A stretch of DNA of 64,000 bases from positions 24,490,001 to 24,554,000 of the forward strand of contig OX597829.1 in NCBI GenBank assembly GCA_951406725.2. The letters are read 5' to 3'. Positions within the stretch are counted from its first letter, which is position 1; each line of letters starts with the position of its first letter. Positions 1 through 64,000 of this stretch are shown here, piece by piece. The position numbers and the translations under genes are program-made. The DNA is from Octopus vulgaris. Taxonomy: Eukaryota. Below the pieces are notes generated by a model. The model was given only the letters and a program-made list of their open reading frames with translations. It ran no database searches and was not told the origin of the DNA.

Positions 1-42
1 ATGAAATGCTACTAAGCATTTTCTCCTGACAAATAATAATTG

Positions 43-80
<38 letters not shown>

Positions 81-1181
81 GATGATGATTTCTTTATTAA
101 CCACAAAGAGTTTACATTATGAAAAACATTTTGGGCAGTAGAGGACAAAACAAAGAATGTGTGCGAGTGTGTTGTTGTTGTTGCATGTAAACTGGTTTAA
201 CATAATGAGGGGAGGGATGATAGGCAAACTATCAAAGCAAGGTCAGTACTCAACTGATACTTATTTTATTAACCTTGAAAGGACGAAAGGCAAAGTGGTG
301 GTGGTGATAATAGTAGTAGTAATAGTGGACTCTCCCGTTGAAAATGACATTATGAGTGGTCAGCTTTTGTCGAATGACCTGCACAAATGAGTTGTTTATG
401 GTGATCAAATGTATGTGCTGTACATTAGCTCACCTCACTCCATCAAATCAACATTACCTGAACAAATGCACAATGTACCATGAGTTAGGTGTTGCAGTAA
501 TTGCAGAGAAACATAAAATAAAGTGCTTTGCTCAAGAATAGAATCCACTGCCCGGTCTAGGAATTGAAACCACAATCTTGTGATCATGAGTGCAACACCA
601 TAACTACTAAAGTAGTAGCAGTAGTAGTTTCAAATTTTGACATAAGGCTAGCAGTTTTTGAAGGGAGAGAGAGGTCAAATACATCAACCCTAGAAGTTGA
701 CTGGTAGTTCTTTTATTGACCATGAAAGGATGAAAGTCAACCTTAGTGGAATTTGGACTCAGAACATAAAGAACATAAATGCTGATAAGCATTTTGTCTG
801 GCTTACTAATAGTTCTGCCAGCTTACCACCCTTTTTTTTTATCATTATTAGATTTTAAAGGATTGACATAGCTCTTCACAAAAGTATATAGACAATACAA
901 AGAGCACGATGCAATTGCAATAGATATTTTAGTGGTTGAGCGATATTTCAACAGCTTGCTTGTCTTTGTTGGTTCAAAATGAAAAGTGCTACATCGAAAT
1001 TCAAAATTATAGAAATTCAACATTTTGAACTCGACAAAGATAGGCAAACTATCAAAATATCATTCAGCCAATAAAATATCTATTGCAATCACATTATGCT
1101 CTTCGTATTGTCTATTATTATTATTATACTAAGGCTGGCAGAACCATTAGCACACTGGGCAAAAACTACAGAAATACATAT

Positions 1182-1552
1182 ACTCTTTTATTCCTAGTTT
1201 CAGTCATTTGACTGAGGCCATGCTGGAGCACTGTCTTTAGTCGAGCAAATTGATCCCAGGACTTATTCTTTGTAAGCCTAGTACTTATTCTAGCAGTCTC
1301 TTTTGCCGAACTGCTAAGTTACAGGGACGAAAACATACCAGCATCAGTTGTCAAGTGATGTTGGGGGGACAAACACACACACACACACACGACGGGCTTC
1401 TTTCAGTTTCTGTCTACCAAATCCACTCACAAAGGTTTGGTTGGCCCGAGGCTATAGTAGAAGACACTTGCCCAAGGTGCCATGTAGTGGCACTGAACCC
1501 GGAACCATGTGGTTCATAAGCAAGCTACTTACCACACAGCCACTCCTACGCT
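1182..1552 (-). mobile_element. SINE family A (tRNA-derived, CORE-like, internal microsatellite; resembles octopus OR-type SINEs)
   Basis: Same sequence as the 17.3, 32.2, 52.1 and 61.4 kb copies; A/B boxes; CCTTGGGCAAGTG core. Confidence 0.88.
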
Positions 1553-2594
1553 TATACCTATTGTCATCATTATGATAATCATCCTCTAATGTCCATTTTT
1601 GATGTTGACATGAGTTGAATGGCTTAACAGGAACTGGCCAGCTGGAGAGCTGCACCAGGCTCCAGTAAATATGTAAACAGTTGTTAAGTATACAATAAAA
1701 TCACACATATGAGAAAGAAAGAGAGCAAGAAGGAGGGAAGGAGAGAGAGGTGAGAGAAAGAGAAGTGTGAACAGTTGAGGCGTGCGGCACACTGATGAGA
1801 ACAGATACAGAAGACTACATTCTGAAAATGTTGAGAAAGCTACTCTCTGAAATGCCAAATCATCATTATCATCATCATCGTTTAACGTCCGCTTTCCATG
1901 CTGGTATGGGTCGGACGAATCCTGAGTAACTTCTTTATTATTTTAACTTTTTATTATTTCAATGCTTAAACATTCAGATTACTCTGTCAAATGTAAAGCT
2001 TATTTATTCATACTGTAGCTTTGAGATTTCAATGACCTGATTGTTTATTTTTATAATAATCTTGTAGAGTAAGTGTGAGAGGCCGGATCTGGCCAGTTTG
2101 AAGATGAAACAGGTAGATTCTTTTGGCCGGATATGGCTGGTTTAAATGCTAAAGGATTAATGTTGTAAGCACCTGTTACTCTTTTTACAGCCTTCAAAAC
2201 TGATGGAAGGAATAGAAGATATTCTCAAACCAGAGACCTGGCCTGACTGCTTCCAACAGATTGGTCTCTGTGAAAGACAGCCAAAGATCATGTAGTGGTT
2301 TTCATTTGGGTAACGGATTAAATCTATAAATAATGAACAGGATGTCCACAAGTTTCATCTACCAAATTCTATACACTCGGTAACAGTCAACCTGAGGCTA
2401 TGGTAGAAGATACTTGTCCAATGTGCCACACAGTGGGATCCAACCTGGAGTGACATGATTGCAAGTGAAACTTCTTCACCACACAGCCATACCTGTGGGC
2501 TGACTGGATGTAACAATATAACACTAACAATTATGGTGAAGTCATTAAAATTCAATCATGAAAAAAGTTCAAGAGCAAAGGATGAGTTATTTAC

Positions 2595-62605
<60,011 letters not shown>

Positions 62606-62907
62606 CTGATTAAGAAAAGAAAATCACAAAACAGATCAAGTTAGCTTCAAATGATGATGATGATGCTTTCAAATTTTGGCACAAGGCCAGTAATATTGGG
62701 GGAGGGGGCAAGTCGATTATATTGACTCGAATGCTCAACTAGTACTTATTTTATCGACTTCGAAAGGATGAGAGGCAAAATCAACCTCGGCAGAATTTGA
62801 ACTCAGTATGACAGACGAAATACCGCTAAGCATTTTGCCTGGCACGATAATGTTTCTGCTAGCTCATTGCCTTGATGATGATGATGATGATGATGATAAT
62901 AATAATG

Positions 62908-62960
<53 letters not shown>

Positions 62961-62961
62961 T

Positions 62962-63285
62962 AGGTCAGACATAACTTTGGCACAGAAAGATACTGTAAGG
63001 TGTCTGTTGATCAATGTAACTTGCCCAGGAGACTATTATATCAATGATAAAGAAAATGAGAATAATTGTAAAATATGCAAACTTGAGAATAGATGCAAGA
63101 GATTGTGAAATATGAAAGCAAAAATAGTACCAATTGTGACTGGAGCACATGGGCTGACAACAAAAAGCTTTCAGAGACACCTTGACACAATTGGAATAAA
63201 TCTCAGCATTACAACATTGCAAAACACAACATTTTTGGAAACAGCAAATATCCTGAAGAACGTACTGTCTCTCTGAGGTTACATA
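62962..63285 (+). pseudogene. Degenerate R4/Dong RLE endonuclease fragment after a (TAA)n tract
   Basis: RSDITL...CLLINVTCPGD...NDKENE (degenerate RPD..D..K) and terminal ETANILKNVLSL*. Confidence 0.65.
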
Positions 63286-63326
63286 ACTTGATAGGGAGTC
63301 AAATGATCCAATGTTAACAAGATCAT

Positions 63327-63385
63327 TATTATTTACATAATGTAAATAATGTACATAATTCCTCATCTCTTAAATATAGAACTGT
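63327..63385 (+). mobile_element. 59-bp fold-back insertion of the same family with 8-bp TSD
   Basis: TSD AAGATCAT (63319-63326, 63386-63393); 3' 47 nt identical to the 53.3 kb insert. Confidence 0.72.
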
Positions 63386-63419
63386 AAGATCATCACTGTA
63401 CAAATGAAGGATAATAATT

Positions 63420-63845
63420 ACTTCTACTATAGATACAAGGCCAGCAATTTTGAGGGGAGGGAGCCAATACTTGGAAGATGTTACATTCTATTGACCCCGA
63501 AAGGATGAAAGATAAAGTCAACTTCAGTCAAATTTGAACTCAGAACATAAAGCCAGAAGAAGATTGCTAAGTATTTTGTTTGATGCACTAACAATTCTGC
63601 CAACTTGCCACCTTTATAATAATCATAATAATTCTTTTTAATTTGGGCCCAAGGCAAGCAATTTTGAGGAAAAGGAGATGTCAATTACATCAATCCCAGG
63701 GCTCAACTGGTTTTAATTTTATGGAACTCAAAAAGTTGAAAGGTAAAGTTGACCTTGGTGCCATTTGAAATCAGTAAATAAAGAGCCATAAGAAATTCTG
63801 CTCAGCATTTTGCCTGGTTCAGTAATGATTCAGCCACCTTGCCAT
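63420..63845 (-). mobile_element. Tandem pair of SINE family D copies
   Basis: Two units separated by a TAA-rich spacer. Confidence 0.8.
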
Positions 63846-64000
63846 CCAAATAATAATACTAATAACAACAACAATAATAAAAACATTTTTTTTAAAATAA
63901 GTGCTATAAAAAAAAATTCAAATTAAATTTTCTGTAGTTTTTATGAATATATCGAAGAAATTTTTGGGTAGTTTGGACAGTGGAATTATAAGTAAAAATA

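Noticed and set aside
1250-1655. Recurring short ORFs such as 'DGLLSVSVYQIHSQ...EDTCPRCH' found several times in the window
   Set aside because: Chance translations of SINE A copies, not a protein family
1788-1830. CTGATGA...GAAA hammerhead-like motif
   Set aside because: No credible stems I-III; likely chance

Overview
AT-rich, microsatellite- and retroposon-dense animal genomic DNA, most likely an octopus (inferred from the SINE repertoire). The whole window lies inside one minus-strand gene, the giant HECT E3 ubiquitin ligase HERC2. I reconstructed 28 phase-consistent GT-AG exons (62605 to 2595; 5416 nt, about 1805 codons) covering the end of RCC1-like domain 1, the cytochrome-b5-like domain and the MIB/HERC2 domain; both gene ends lie outside the window. 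Introns hold at least four tRNA-derived SINE families, RTE, CR1 and R4/Dong LINE fragments, piggyBac-type MITEs, a Tc1/mariner fossil with a nested solo LTR, and Penelope-like fold-back micro-insertions. The most notable region is a ~6.9 kb (TA)n field (22213-29090). It contains a young 5'-truncated CR1/L2-group LINE with an unbroken ~960-codon APE-RT frame, an inverted 190-bp copy of its 3' end (together a ~1.35 kb palindrome), and a second LINE-like 3' end. These elements, a 50-bp relic at 47.7 kb and the most abundant SINE share a 3' signature with covarying stems: GGYGGTGC...CATGGCC-[stem-loop]-AAAC-tandem tail. This suggests a (TA)n-associated LINE/SINE system. Repeat boundaries were read by eye and are approximate.
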